Shown here: piece after piece, positions 43,071 to 64,000 of the stretch
How positions within the stretch are numbered: position 1 is the first letter of the stretch
Layout: each line of letters begins with the position of its first letter
Assembly (NCBI RefSeq): GCF_009914755.1
Contig: NC_060941.1
Direction: 5' to 3' (one strand)
Length of the DNA stretch: 64,000 bases
DNA from: the human T2T-CHM13v2.0 reference genome, Homo sapiens
The notes under the pieces: generated by a model
What the model saw: the letters and a program-made list of their open reading frames with translations, nothing else
Told to the model about the DNA's origin: nothing
The model's database searches: none
Made by a program: the position numbers and the translations under genes

Positions 43071-46000
43071 AGAAAATCAAGCCTTTGGTGACTCTCACTC
43101 CAAATCTCTTTCTAAGACAGGCTGCTCTTCAGCCTGCTGACTCCAGCCTCCAGCACAGTTCAGGTGAGCTAAGTGCATACAGCCTAGGAGCTTTCTTACC
43201 AACTTGCAAAACTTACTTGCCTCTATGAGGCAAGTGATCATGTGGTCTCCGTTTTACAGAGGGAGCTCAGATTAAAGGTGCTTCTCTGTGGTCATTAAAG
43301 GGGTGTCCAGGGCTTGTGAATCCCAATCTCTAAGTCTTTTCCTATTTTGAGTATTTGTACATATATGCCCTTTGTGTGTGTACGCACACACGCAGGCACG
43401 TGGGGTGTTACCCAAGAGTTCGTGCTGTGCACGTGTGTGCACAGGTGTATAAGTCTGGAGCTATGCTCTTGGGCTGTGTTTAGAATGGGCTGAAGGCGTT
43501 ATATGGATTTTTTGAAACTTGGGGCAATGGAGGTAAAAAAAAAAACTGTAAAAAGGCATATTTGGGATTCTCTCTTTTTCTGTGGGTGACCCAAAGGTTA
43601 ATCCGAGATGGTGCAACTTCTCTGCCACTGCCCTTCTTTCCCAGTCCCACAGGAACTTCATGTATTATTCAGCATGGACAGGCCACTTGCCACCAGGGTC
43701 CAGAGGTTGTGCCTTTGCCTCATGAGCACACTTCCTTTCACTGCCCTTTGGGCCAGGCTGGTATGACCGTGGCAGGTTTGTGGTGCCTGGGATGCCAAAC
43801 AGAAAATCAAGAGGGTAGTTGTGCCCAAGCTTCAGGCACAAGGGCTCATTGTTCCTGGGTAGCCTCCTGAACCCTGAGAGCTTAGGACTCTACAGAGACA
43901 GGTCTCCTGGACCCCAGAGTTGGGAAATTCAGGACTCCCTTTTTGTCCCATGTTCAGACATCCTCTGGCTCTACCTTAACATGGGATTGTGGAATCCAAG
44001 AAAGTGGGAGCTTGGGAGTTTGAAGCAGCGAGTCCAACCCCTCAGTGTAGAGCTGGGGAAACTGAGGCCAAGGGAGTGAAGGTCACAGGACAATCAAAGA
44101 CAGAGTGCTGGGCTGGGAAACCGGACCCCGGGGCTGTGGTTACAGGGTTGCCATTGCCTGGCTGTGAGCCTTTGAGCCTCTGGGCCCTCTGGCCCGCGCA
44201 CTTCTCCTTGATGCTCGTGAGCTATACACACCTCCTCTGAGGATGCAGGCTCAGTGGGAGTCAGCTCATCTACATTATGAAGCCCTCGTGAGATCTCTGC
44301 TTGGATACCTTAAATGGCAAACTGACCACCCCCCTTCCCACCCCAATCTCTAAACATCTTTCACATTCTCTTCTGGCTCCTGAAAGCTGTTCCAGGCTGC
44401 ACCCAGTGTGGCTGGTGACTGGGGAAGGAGCGTGGAGAGAGAAAGGAGGCTCCCAGCTCATCCTCTGAGGGAATGACAGGGTTTGTACAGCTGAAAGGAG
44501 AGAGAGTCTACACTGGAAGCTGGATCCTCTGCCACAGCCTAATTACAAAAAAGGCCTGGAGTTCTGGGCTGTTCATTTGTGATGTGCTGTGTTGCATCTC
44601 ATTTGCATGGTGTATTATTAAGGCACAACTCCCCCTGAACCTTTACCTTAGGGGCCTGTGGGTGACCCACTTTGTGGGAAGTGGTTCAGGGCAGCCCGGA
44701 AGTACCTGAACTAGGAGTGAAAATGCAAGGAGGGGGTGGGGTGTTCAGGCCCCTCTGGGCCGCTCATTTAATCTACCAAGATGCTCAGTAGCTCATCCTT
44801 ATAGCTTCAGTTTCTCCACCAGTGGAATGGGAAATAACCCAACCCCTACCCACCTCACAAGATTTTTCTGATCAAATGAGACAGGGAATGTGGAATGATT
44901 TTAAGAACTAAGAAGTTTTCTATGGGTGGCAAGTTCTGACATTCCCCGGAAGAGGGAAGAGAAAGAAAAATGGGGTTAGAAGAAAATGTCAGACGTGGGA
45001 AGACCTGCAGGGAAAGAGCTGGTAGGGCTGTCGGGCCAGTGGCTCCCATTTCAGCTGTTTGCTGGGGAGCTGGGGGCTGTTCCTGGCTCAGTCTGAGGGT
45101 AGGAGACTGGAGAGGACCATGCCCCTTGGGACATGTGTACACACATCTGTGTACTCACACACCACCTGCCAGGTGAATGATTTGTGTGAATCCTTCTCTC
45201 TCTCACCCATATCGACTTTGAAGCAGGTTACCAACTTCCCTGAATGTGCCTTGGGAGTTTTTGTGGAAATAAATTCCAAAAGAGTGAACTGTGTAATTAA
45301 ACCACCTCACTACTCAGGAGGCCAGAGGTGCCTCAGAACAAGGGAGGAGGTGGGATCCTCTGCCTGCAGGATTCCTCTCTGTTCTGAACCACAGAGGTTG
45401 GGAGCACCTGGGTGGTGAAGGGAGTATGTGGAGGAAGGGCCTGGAGGTATTTACCCCCCGCCAGATAAACACCTGTTGGCAGAATTAGCCTTGATCTGAC
45501 AGCCCCAGGAAGCTTAGAAATCTGAAGATCCTGACCATGAAAGCCATCCAAAGATGGCAAGGACCGCCTGAGAAGTAGTGAGCTCCCTGTCACTGGGGGG
45601 TATGTAAGGACATGGTTAGTGACTGCTTGGCGGAGATGCTGGAGAGAGGATTCAAGCCAGGAAAGAAGGTGGGGTCCTGAGATTCTGTGACTGGGTAGAG
45701 GGAAGATGCGGCCAGTGGGGATTCATTAGTTCCTCCTCTGAGATTTCTGGACTCCTCCTTCCCTGGCTCTCTCCCTGCTCTACATACGGAATTTGCCTAG
45801 AAGCAGCTCTTGGTAGAGGCCTCTGGGTCTCCCCTTGGTTAGGCCCACATGGGAAAGGTGACCTCATTGTTCCCTTAGCTGTTTACCCATCCTAGGGAGG
45901 GGCAGATCCCTGGTCCCTTGGAGGCTCAGCTCCCTGTGTCTCCTGCTCTGTTTTAGCTAGCCCCAATTCTGCTATTCACCAGCTGTGTGACTTTGGGCAA

Positions 46001-46932
46001 ATGACTCACCTTCTCTGGGCTCCAGCAGGGCTGAGGTGGGCTCTGGGGCCTGCTTCAGGTCTGGAGTTGCCCAATTTTGGAAGGATGAGCCTTGGGCTTG
46101 GGGGCGAAGGCTATGCATGATTAGGGCCCTTCAAAGCTTAGAGCTCCTGGGTATCAGGGTCTCCTCTGCCTTCTTAGTAGGCAGCCACAAAAATGTATGA
46201 GTAATGGGCAAGGCTCCTATGCCAATGTATTTTGACTCACAAATGAAGACAGTGTCCTGCACATCCATGGGGAAGCTGAGTGGGAGGTAGACACTCCTCC
46301 GCTTAGCAGACACCATAGCTCACCCTCCCCTCAGGAACCCAGTCCTCCCTGCAAGGCCAGAGCTCCCGGGGCTCCTTTCCTCCATCTCAGCTGCTGCAAG
46401 CAAACCCAGTGCTGGATGGCTTTGACCTCTGAGCTCTTGGCTTCTGGCTACGGCATTTCATTGCTTGTGGCCTCAGGCTGGCTTCTCCTCAATCCTGCTG
46501 TTCCCCCACTTCACCTGGGCCTTGGGTCCCTGAGGGCCAGAGAGATACGGGGAAGGAAGTGAGTCAGGGAAGTGGCATTCAGGAGGGAGCTTTGCCAAGC
46601 CCGCCTGTAGTCCCCAGACAGGGAAATGGTCTTGAAACACTGGGCAGGCTTCCAGGGAGGAAGGACTTGGCAGGGATGACCAGCTGAGCCACCCCGGAGT
46701 AGGGCCAGAGCACCCGGACTGTATTCAGTCCTCTCCATTGGGGCAGGATCCCTGGGGAGTTGGGGGTGAAATGAGACCTGGTATGCCATTGCTGGGGTGG
46801 CTGGGCCCCTCCCCTTCCCGAACTGAAGTTGTTTCTGTTTCTGGTACTGCGGTGCAGTGGTTGGGGCTGGCAGGGGGCAGGGTGGGATAGTGAATGAGAG
46901 CCTAACTCTAGGCTTGGATTTTGGATTTCTCC

Positions 46933-47228
<296 letters not shown>

Positions 47229-47544
47229 GATTTCTCCTAACTGGATATTCAGGTTTCTAGTCAGGGGCTCCCAGAACCCCAGCTAGGCCACTACCCAGGT
47301 GTTAGCCGCTCTGCTCCCTCAGCTCTGTGAGAATAATTGCAAAAAGCAGGTGATATGAGAATGGGCTGCATGGCTGAAAGGTGATCTGGGTGCAAGTGCT
47401 CTATCCCCAGGGTGGGACATCATGCCGGAGTCCTACCAGGTGTACAGGAAACACTAATCCTGTGGGAAGGAGCTGGGCCCTGGAACAAAACTCTCTGGGT
47501 CTAATCCCAGCATCAGCCCTGGGTGTCAGCTGTCATGAGCGTGA

Positions 47545-47963
<419 letters not shown>

Positions 47964-48923
47964 GCACAGCCAGTTTTTGACCCCTGCCCCCAGGCCTTCC
48001 AAAGGCTGAGGGAGGGTGAGTGGGGATCAGCACGTGTCCTTGCTCTCTCCACGCCTTCATTGCTGCTGAGTCAATGGTCTTGTCTGTTCATCCCTTCCCT
48101 ATCTGGGACTTCAGGAGCTGCCCTGCAGTGGTGGCTTCCTTCTCCAGTACCACACAGGAATAGGGAAGTAATGACTCTTCTCATGACAGAGACTGTCAAC
48201 AGGCCTGGGGCCCCCAGGGCTTGGGAAGTCCCTGGCAAAGCTGGGGCAGAGGGCTCCGGGGTCCTCACCCCCCGCCCCCATCGCCTGTATGAGTCTGCAG
48301 TGATTTCAGCTTCAGTGACCATGAAGTCTGCCATGAGGGGGCCTCTGCCACGTGGTCCATTCTGGATGTGGGACCTTACCCCTTATCAGCCCCATCCAGC
48401 TGTTTAATCGCATTATTAAGGAAGCTGTTGTTGCTGTGGAAACTGTGTGGGTGATGGTGGGGGAGGGGGCTGTGGGCTCAGCTCTCACCTCCCAGCAGTG
48501 CTCTTCAGAGCGGGAATGAGAGGAGAGCCTTGAGTAGGGATCGTCATCCTGCCCTGCAGGGATTCAGGGAGTGTTACAGGGTCCAGGGAATAACCTTCAC
48601 TGGCCCTGTCCTCACCTTCATTTTACACATAACTGAGTTGGAGACCCTTCTGGGTGCCAAGAACTGTGGCCTTGGTACCAGGGAGAGAACACTGTGTTCC
48701 TGGGCATGAAGCTGCAGAGGCTGCGGCTGGAGTTGGCACCCTCCATTTATCTATTCATTTGTTTATTCATTCTTTTGTTCAATAGATGGTTATTGAGTAC
48801 CTTCTCTGTGCCAGGCCCTGCTCTAAGCAACAGGAAATACCATCAACTGCAGAATACAGAGCTAAAGAATCTGTCTTCGTGGAGCATATACTCTAGTGGG
48901 AAGAGGCAGTAAAACAAGAATCA

Positions 48924-49175
<252 letters not shown>

Positions 49176-50540
49176 ACAGTTGAATGTGGCACTGTCATGC
49201 CGTTCAACCTGTAATTTGAAGGTAGAATGGACAGGGTTTGCTGAGAGACCGGATGTGGGATGTGAGAGAAAGAGAAGAATCAGGGGCAACTCCAAGGACT
49301 CTGGTCTGGGAAGAGAGACAGGAGGAAGGAACTGCCATCCCCGGGCCAGGCAGGCTAGAAAGGCAGGGACGGCCAAGAGCTCAGTTCTGGACCTGTTTTG
49401 TATGACGTGTCCCATAGATGATGTCCTAGCTCAGGGTCTGGAGTGAACCAAATAGGGAGTTAGGGGTGAGGGCCTGTGTGGGCGGGTACCCCCTGCCTCC
49501 TAGGGAGGGCCCTGCCCAGGTGGGACATGCTTATCTCAAGGAAAGGAGCCCAGGCTGAATGCCCTTGAGGGTCAAAGCAGCCACCCAGTTCTCACAGCCC
49601 CAAAGTCCCCTGGTTGTTGCCACAGAGCAGGTGTCTGCGAAACCAAAACATGGGCCTGACAGCTGGAGGCTCCATCACCCGCTTCCCTGAGTGTTGTCCC
49701 GTTGCCATCGAAGTGCTTTGCTGTTCATTCTCCCTCACCTTCTCCCCGCTGTGGGGAGGTGACCAGATGCTGTCATCACTCCCATTACTCACAGGTGGAG
49801 ACTGAGGTTCAAGGGCACGAAGGGGCTCACCAACAGTTGCATGGCTCAAAAGTGGCAGAAGCCATCCTGGATTCTCCGCATCGGGGTTGGGTTCTTCCTG
49901 TGGCCACTCCCCACCCGCCTTACAGAGCCATGCCACCGGCCTGCAAGTGCACACAGCGATTCCCACCATGTCCCCACGCCTGGGCTCCTGTCCTCAACAT
50001 GCACACTCCCTTGTGAGTCAATGGCCCCGTGTGGCATCACAAAGCCTGGGTGCCTGTCCCGGCCACACACTGCTGGGTGTCCTTGAACCTGTTGCCAAAG
50101 TGGGTGTAGTTTCTCTTTTGTACACTGGGCCTAACAGTGCCCCTCCTATATACCCCTGGAAGTTGTTCTGAGACAACATCCAGATAACAACTAGGTAAGT
50201 GCAGTAATAAAATGCGGGAGAAACATTAGGGGCCTTTATTTTCCTCACTTAACTGGCTGCCAGGGAAAAGCAAGGAAAGGTCAGAGGCTGGGGTGCCCCA
50301 GAGAGGCCCCATGTAGATGAGGCTCTGGCTGGGCCCAGAGAAATGGGATGTACACTCCGGCCCAGAGACCTGAAGATCTGGGTTCAGGGCAGCTTTGGGA
50401 CAGGCTATCTGGATGGCAACTAACTGGAGTACCTGATCAGGCCTAGAGGTGTGTCCTGTGACCCAGTGTCCAGGCCTGGGCCAGCATGTCAGAGACTCAG
50501 CAAGAGTATGTGGGTCCTTGGCTCACATTGTTTGAGCAAC

Positions 50541-50589
50541 TACTGAATACTGAATAGGACTACTGAATACTGAATACTGAATAGGACAA
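50541..50589. repeat. Nested tandem repeat (TACTGAA)n-TAGGAC x2
   Basis: tactgaatactgaataggac tactgaatactgaatactgaataggac. Confidence 0.9.
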
Positions 50590-51194
50590 GATGTACATGG
50601 TACAACTTCTGCCCACCTGGGCCTTCAATGAAATGCCCCCAGGCAGCATGTCCCTGACTGCATGCTTCACAGAGCAGGGATAGGCCTGCCCAACGTGCCA
50701 CTGTATCTGCAGAACCCAGCCCACTGCCTGACTCACCAAGGCCCTCACCAAACATTGTCAAGGCCAAGAGTGACGCTCCAGGGAAGGGGATCTCTCTAGG
50801 AGGAAGGGTGCTCAAGATGAAGAAGGTGGGTTTTCAGCCAGGCCTGTCACCCCTCCCTGGAGTGGTTAGGTTAGGATTTTGACAAGTGGTAAAAAGAGGG
50901 ACTAGGTTGAGCAAGGGGGTAGGAGCAAGAATCTCAGAGCAGATTTAGGATGAAGTGAGTTGGCTGTGGGGGAAGGGAGCAATGGGAAAGGAGGTGGGAG
51001 GAGATGCCATGGGGGGGGTCTTGAGGACCAGGTTGGGTGCTAGGATGTGGCTTCATGAGCAGCAGGAGTCACTGCAGGTTTGTGGGCATGAGGCAAGAGG
51101 CACAAAGCTGTATTTTGGGAAGAGCCATCTCGCAGGTGGGCAGGGGCACTGGAGGGCAGAGGGCTGCCCCAGATGGGATTAAGAAGGGAAGGCA

Positions 51195-52566
<1,372 letters not shown>

Positions 52567-52771
52567 ATGGGAGAACTCAGAACTCAAGCATATAGATTAT
52601 TCAACAGTTCACATAGCCAGATAGTTCAAGGCCAGCTGTGGGCTTTGAATGCCATAGTAAAATGTTTGAACTTTGCCTTCTAGGCAGTAGGGAGCTACTG
52701 AAAGTTTAAAGGGATGGTATACTATTATTGTTTCATTCATTTATTCAATAAACGTGTATGTGTGTGTGTGT

Positions 52772-53035
52772 ATTTTTTTTTTAAGAGTCCAGGTCTTGCT
52801 CTGTTGCTCAGGCTAGAGTGGAGTGGCATAATCATGGCTCACTGCAGCAACAAACTCCCGGGCTCAAGAGATCCTCCCGCCTTAGCCTCCATGTAACTGG
52901 GACTACAGGTGCCTGTCACCAGACCAGGCTAATGTTTTACATTTTTGTAGAGACAGCGTCTTGCTATGTTGCCCAGGCTGGTCTCAAACTCCTGGCCTCA
53001 AGTGATGCTCCTGCCTTGGCCTCTCAAAGCACTGG
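52772..53035 (-). mobile_element. Alu (AluJ-like)
   Basis: Alu consensus. Confidence 0.85.
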
Positions 53036-53054
53036 GCAATGTCCCTGGTCTTCA

Positions 53055-53900
53055 ATAAATATTTGATTTATTTAAGCAAATCTTTTTTCTGAGCACCTAC
53101 TATGTGCTAGGCACCATTCTAAGTACTTAGGATACATAGATAAATAAAATAAAGGTTCTTCCCTTCAAAGAGCTTACATGTCAGCAAGTAAAGGAAAAGA
53201 TGAGAGAAAATATAATAAATCAGTAAATTATATATCATGTCAAAAGGTGATAGGTGTTATAGAGAAAAGAAAAAGCGGAGAAGGGTGGGAGAATTGGGAA
53301 TACAGGGGTGGGACACAGGTGGCAGTATTAAACAGGATGGTCAGGGAAGGCTTCATTGAGAAAGAAAGACTTCAGGATGTCTGGGGGAGGAGTGTTCCAG
53401 GAAGAGAGAAGAGCAAGTGCAAAGGCCCTGAGACAGGAGCAGCAAGTGCATTTAGAAACAGCAAGGAGGCCAGTGGCTGGAGTGAAGCAGGAAAGGCGGG
53501 GAGAGGGTCATGGGTTGGGGGAAGGGACATTGTGCAGGTCTATGCAGGCTATTGTAGGGTGTATGGAGTGAAGATGTCAAGTCAGCAGTTAGATATGGAG
53601 CTGGAGATTTGGGGAGCAATGAGCTGGAGAGATAGACTTGAAAGTCATTGGCATATAGATGGTACATCATATCATCATATGAGACTGCATGGGATTGCCA
53701 AGAGGTTGAGTGCAGATAGGAAGGAGGCAGAGAAGAGGAAAGGACTGAGCTCCAGGACCCTCTTGCACCAGGCAGGGGAATCAGCAAAGAGACTGTGATG
53801 GCATGGCCAGAAAGGAAGGGGAAAACCATGCAGGATCTGGGCCCCCAGGGAATCTGAAGGGAAGAGACCAGAAGTCTATGGCAATTGCTCATGAAGAGAT
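53055..53900 (-). mobile_element. L2 remnant
   Basis: gagcacctactatgtgctaggcacc...; gcaagtgcaaaggccctgag motifs typical of L2. Confidence 0.7.
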
Positions 53901-53902
53901 GA

Positions 53903-54342
<440 letters not shown>

Positions 54343-54920
54343 AAGTGTGAGTTCTTTTAAGCTGTGTGACCTTGGCCAAGGTGCTTAACCTTTCCCTGCC
54401 AAGTCTCAAACACCTCTTTGTCCAGCTACTATGCTTCCATCAAGAATCAATAGGACCTATGTCCCTACAGGTGTCAGGGTAGCTGGCAGAATGGTGATGC
54501 CCTTGGCAGAGGCAGGCAAGGCCAAAGGAAGGGCTGGTTCTGGCAGGGAGTGAAGGATCTTACTTTGAGAGGTATTGAATATGAGGTGGCTGCAGACAGA
54601 TGGTGACGCCATCTGAGAGGCAGCAGGAAGTAGGTGCTGAGGCTCAGGAGGTGATTTGAGCTGTTGATCTGGATTTGGGACTCCTCAGGACAATCTGTGA
54701 ACAATGATGAGAGAGAGCACCAAGGACCAAGGTCTGAACTTGGGAGCTAGGGCCCATGTCCACAGGGTGAACTGGAAGGAAGATAAGGAGACAGCAAGGA
54801 ATGCTTGCCAAGAAACCAGGAGACCAGGAAAGAGTAGTTTCCAAGAGATGGGGGAAGCCCACACTGTTGCAGGGAGGTCCTGCATAAAGTCTGAAACGGG
54901 TCTATTTAATTCGCCCTTGG

Positions 54921-55220
54921 AGGCTGGGCATGGTGTCTCACACCTGTAATCCCAGCACTTTGGGAGGCCAAGGCGGGTGGATGACCTGAGGTCAAGAGTT
55001 TGAGAACCAGCCTGGTCAACATGGCAAAACCCCGTCTGTACTAAAAATACAAAAATTGGCCGGGCGTGGTGGTGGAAGCCTGTAATCCCAGCTACTCGGG
55101 AGGCTGAGGCAGGAGAATCACCTGAATCCCAGAGGCGGAGGTTGCTGTGAGCTGAGATCACACCACTGCACACCAGCCTGGGAGACAGAGCAAGACTCTG
55201 CCCAAAAGAAAAAAAAAAAT
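54921..55220 (+). mobile_element. AluS
   Basis: Alu consensus. Confidence 0.92.
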
Positions 55221-55998
55221 TGTAGTTGGAAGGACTTCTGGTTCTATAGGGTGGATTGAACACAAGACTTTATCTCCAGTCCTTCCTGATTTTCCATCAA
55301 AGTGACAGTAAGGAATAAAAAATGTAAACCTACAAGGACAAAGAGAAGAGGAGACAACAGCAGACAAGATATTAACACCTTTTTGGAAAGTGAGAAACAG
55401 GTTGAGGATTGATCACTGACACAGCAGAGAACAACTGAAACCAAAGGCCATTTGGAGTCTGTAAAAGCTCGGGGATTGGAGGGCTGAAGGAGGCAAGGGG
55501 AAGAGCAGGGCTGAAAGCAGCGGCTGCTAGGAGAATGCATAAGGAGAGATGAAACACCCAAGATACTTATCCATCTCCTCTCAAAGCCAGGCAAATTCCA
55601 GCCACCTCACAGAAGACCAGCAGTTTATTCTGTGGAATTAAGTAAAAGTCTGCATACTGAAGGATAGAACCCTCAGCCCTCACTCCTAAATTGGTCCCAG
55701 AGAAAAGACCTCCAGATTCTTCCAGTTGTTGGGGGAGTCTTCCCTAAAGGACCAGGTTCCTACTTGATCACTCTGCAGTGAAGCCCAACAGCCAATAAGC
55801 TTGGTCCTCGGTACTCTGTCTTCAGTAGCTGTTTCTTGGTCCTTGGTCCTTGGTACTCTCACTCATCATTGTTCACAGATTGCCCTGAGGAGTCCCAGAT
55901 CCAGTCCCAAATCCACCTGCCCCCAACACACAGAGCTGCCAACTCTTTAGTGTCTTACTCCAAAATATTGAGACAGCCAAGCCGCAAGAATCACCACA

Positions 55999-56296
<298 letters not shown>

Positions 56297-56322
56297 GTCA
56301 CCACACATTTGAGGAAAAATTC

Positions 56323-61244
<4,922 letters not shown>

Positions 61245-61638
61245 CCTCCAGCTTGAAAGACAAAACCAAACCAAATCAACCAAGAAACAGAAAAAAGAAA
61301 ATTCAAAGATGTATGAGCATGCATAACTTTGATAAAAATAAAAATAATAATTATTTGAATTGGCAATTAGAAAATAGTTATATCCTCAGGTAACAGATGT
61401 CTCTAGGTGGATGAGATTGTGGGTGGTTTTTCTTGTTGTTGATATTTTCTGTGCATCTCTAAAAAACATCTAATGCTTTGCAAAGAACATAAGAAACAGA
61501 TTAGTACATTAGTGGCCTTGGAGGAAACAATCTCAGTAAAACATGTGTTTATTAATGAATGTATTCCCCCATCCCTTTCCAAAAAAGTTCATAGGTGTAG
61601 TTATAGTCAAAGGTAAGAGGCAGTCTTGTCAGAGCCAG

Positions 61639-61751
61639 TAAAGTAACCAACCATCCTGGTTTGCCCAAGACCAAGCAGCTTCCCAAGACACTAGACTTTC
61701 AGTGCTAAAACCAGAGAAGTCCCATCCATACTAGGAGAGTTGATCACTCTA
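61639..61751. mobile_element. MER81/MER94-like hAT-Blackjack MITE
   Basis: Degenerate terminal inverted repeats (taaagtaaccaac / gttgatcactcta) and internal ttcagtgctaaaacc. Confidence 0.55.
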
Positions 61752-61987
61752 GTCTGTGTAATTTGCAAAGACTCTCCATATCCTTTGGTTCCTGTGAGTC
61801 TCAAATCCACCCAGTGAGGTACAGGTGGGCCGGTGGATGGTCACCTCCATTTCAGAAGAGAGGCAGCTAAGGCTCAGGGAATCTCCCTATCCCTGACCCG
61901 GGAAAGGCCTTAAGAGAAAGTGGTCTTTTAAACTGTGTGTATATATCACTTTGATAAAATTAAAAATTAGTTTTAAAGAAGAGAGAG

Positions 61988-62720
<733 letters not shown>

Positions 62721-63011
62721 TCAAAACTCACTGATTGTACACTTTAATTGGGTGCAGTTTTTGTTGCCCTTAAATTATGCCTCAATTAGAGAGAAAGAGA
62801 GAGAATATAAGGAAATGGGGGCAGCCATGGCGTCCTTGGAGAATTCACACTTGGGACGACAACTGCTCATTTGTGTACTCTCTCCTCCTCACCTGTCTTC
62901 CACTCCACCCCTGTCTCTGATGGAACATCTCTCCAGCTAAGCCATCTTCCTCAAGGCAGCCCAATTCTCTGTGGGGCTGCCACAGCACTAAACTGTTCTC
63001 TGTGTCCCCAG

Positions 63012-63188
63012 GACTCCAACCTGTCTGTGCACACAGAAAACCCGGACCTCACTCCCTGCTTCCAGAACTCCCTGCTGGCCTGGGTGCCCTGCATCTACCT
63101 GTGGGTCGCCCTGCCCTGCTACTTGCTCTACCTGCGGCACCATTGTCGTGGCTACATCATCCTCTCCCACCTGTCCAAGCTCAAGATG
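63012..63188 (+). CDS. ABCC3: ABCC3 exon 2 (DSNLSVHTENPDLTPCFQNSLLAWVP...SKLKM; TMD0)
   Basis: ccccag|GACTCC...AAGATG|gtcagt; 177 nt; PDLTPCFQN motif typical of MRP1/2/3. Confidence 0.97.
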
Positions 63189-63240
63189 GTCAGTGGCTCA
63201 GGGATCTCCTACCGATGGGGCTGGGTCCTGGGGATTCTGC

Positions 63241-63553
<313 letters not shown>

Positions 63554-63881
63554 CAGCATTCTGGTTTTAATGAGGCCCTCTCCCACCTCCTCGGCTGGAC
63601 TGGGTTCCCCAGTCTCACCTGACCTGCTTGGGGCCATGGGAATCTGACAACTGAGAATATATACAGCCAGCTGACATATTCCCCACTTGGGAAAGTTTAA
63701 GTAAGTTCAGCAACACTCTCCCCACCTCCAGCAAGCTTCTGGTCAGCTCCATTCCCAGACCTCAGTGCCAGTCCCAGGCAGGTCTAGTGGATTCTGGTGG
63801 CTTCAGGTACAAAGACCCCTTCCCAGTGAGGACTGTCCTTGCCTCTGGGGATGCGGATTCCAACCTGTGCTCTCTTCGCAG

Positions 63882-64000
63882 GTCCTGGGTGTCCTGCTGT
63901 GGTGCGTCTCCTGGGCGGACCTTTTTTACTCCTTCCATGGCCTGGTCCATGGCCGGGCCCCTGCCCCTGTTTTCTTTGTCACCCCCTTGGTGGTGGGGGT
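63882..64000 (+). CDS. ABCC3: ABCC3 exon 3, truncated by the window end (VLGVLLWCVSWADLFYSFHGLVHGRAPAPVFFVTPLVVG...)
   Basis: ttcgcag|GTCCTG; open hydrophobic frame to the window end. Confidence 0.95.

Noticed and set aside
50191-50200. Strong isolated donor TAG|gtaagt (also 42688 and 53937) in ABCC3 intron 1
   Set aside because: No convincing paired acceptor or open frame; expected by chance in 21 kb
50541-50589. Short direct repeats considered as CRISPR-like
   Set aside because: Simple slippage repeat with no unique spacers, in eukaryotic intronic DNA
53178-53798. 206-aa ORF in ABCC3 intron 1
   Set aside because: Lies in a purine-rich L2 remnant; no splice or promoter context and no recognisable homology

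Overview
Human (primate) genomic DNA, recognisable as the CACNA1G-ABCC3 locus (17q21.33). Bases 1-34.6k hold the 3' two-thirds of CACNA1G (Cav3.1 T-type Ca2+ channel alpha1G, + strand): exons 14-38 by the literature numbering. Every exon has an AG/GT boundary and the phases join into one open frame. The known alternative elements are visible: cassette exon 14, the two donors of exon 25, cassette exons 26, 34 and 35, and the 237-nt exitron in exon 38. The 3'UTR has a proximal ATTAAA and distal AATAAA signals. After ~7 kb of intergenic DNA come the CpG-island promoter and exons 1-3 of ABCC3 (MRP3, + strand). Its 20.9-kb intron 1 is packed with Alu, L2 and L1 remnants and an antisense MER57-family ERV1 provirus with an intact tRNA-Leu primer-binding site. 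Almost all other ORFs in the track are GC-rich or Alu-derived noise. I see no new protein-coding gene. The most interesting unexplained signals are regulatory or structural: a promoter-like patch upstream of CACNA1G exon 35 that could yield a C-terminal-only protein, TCF/LEF-, RFX- and homeodomain-rich intronic islands, a candidate poison exon in the III-IV linker intron, a poly(A) choice that would gate a miR-218 site, an NRF2-type ARE in ABCC3 intron 1, and a 64-bp inverted templated insertion with template-switching scars. All of these are hypotheses from motif reading and have not been tested.
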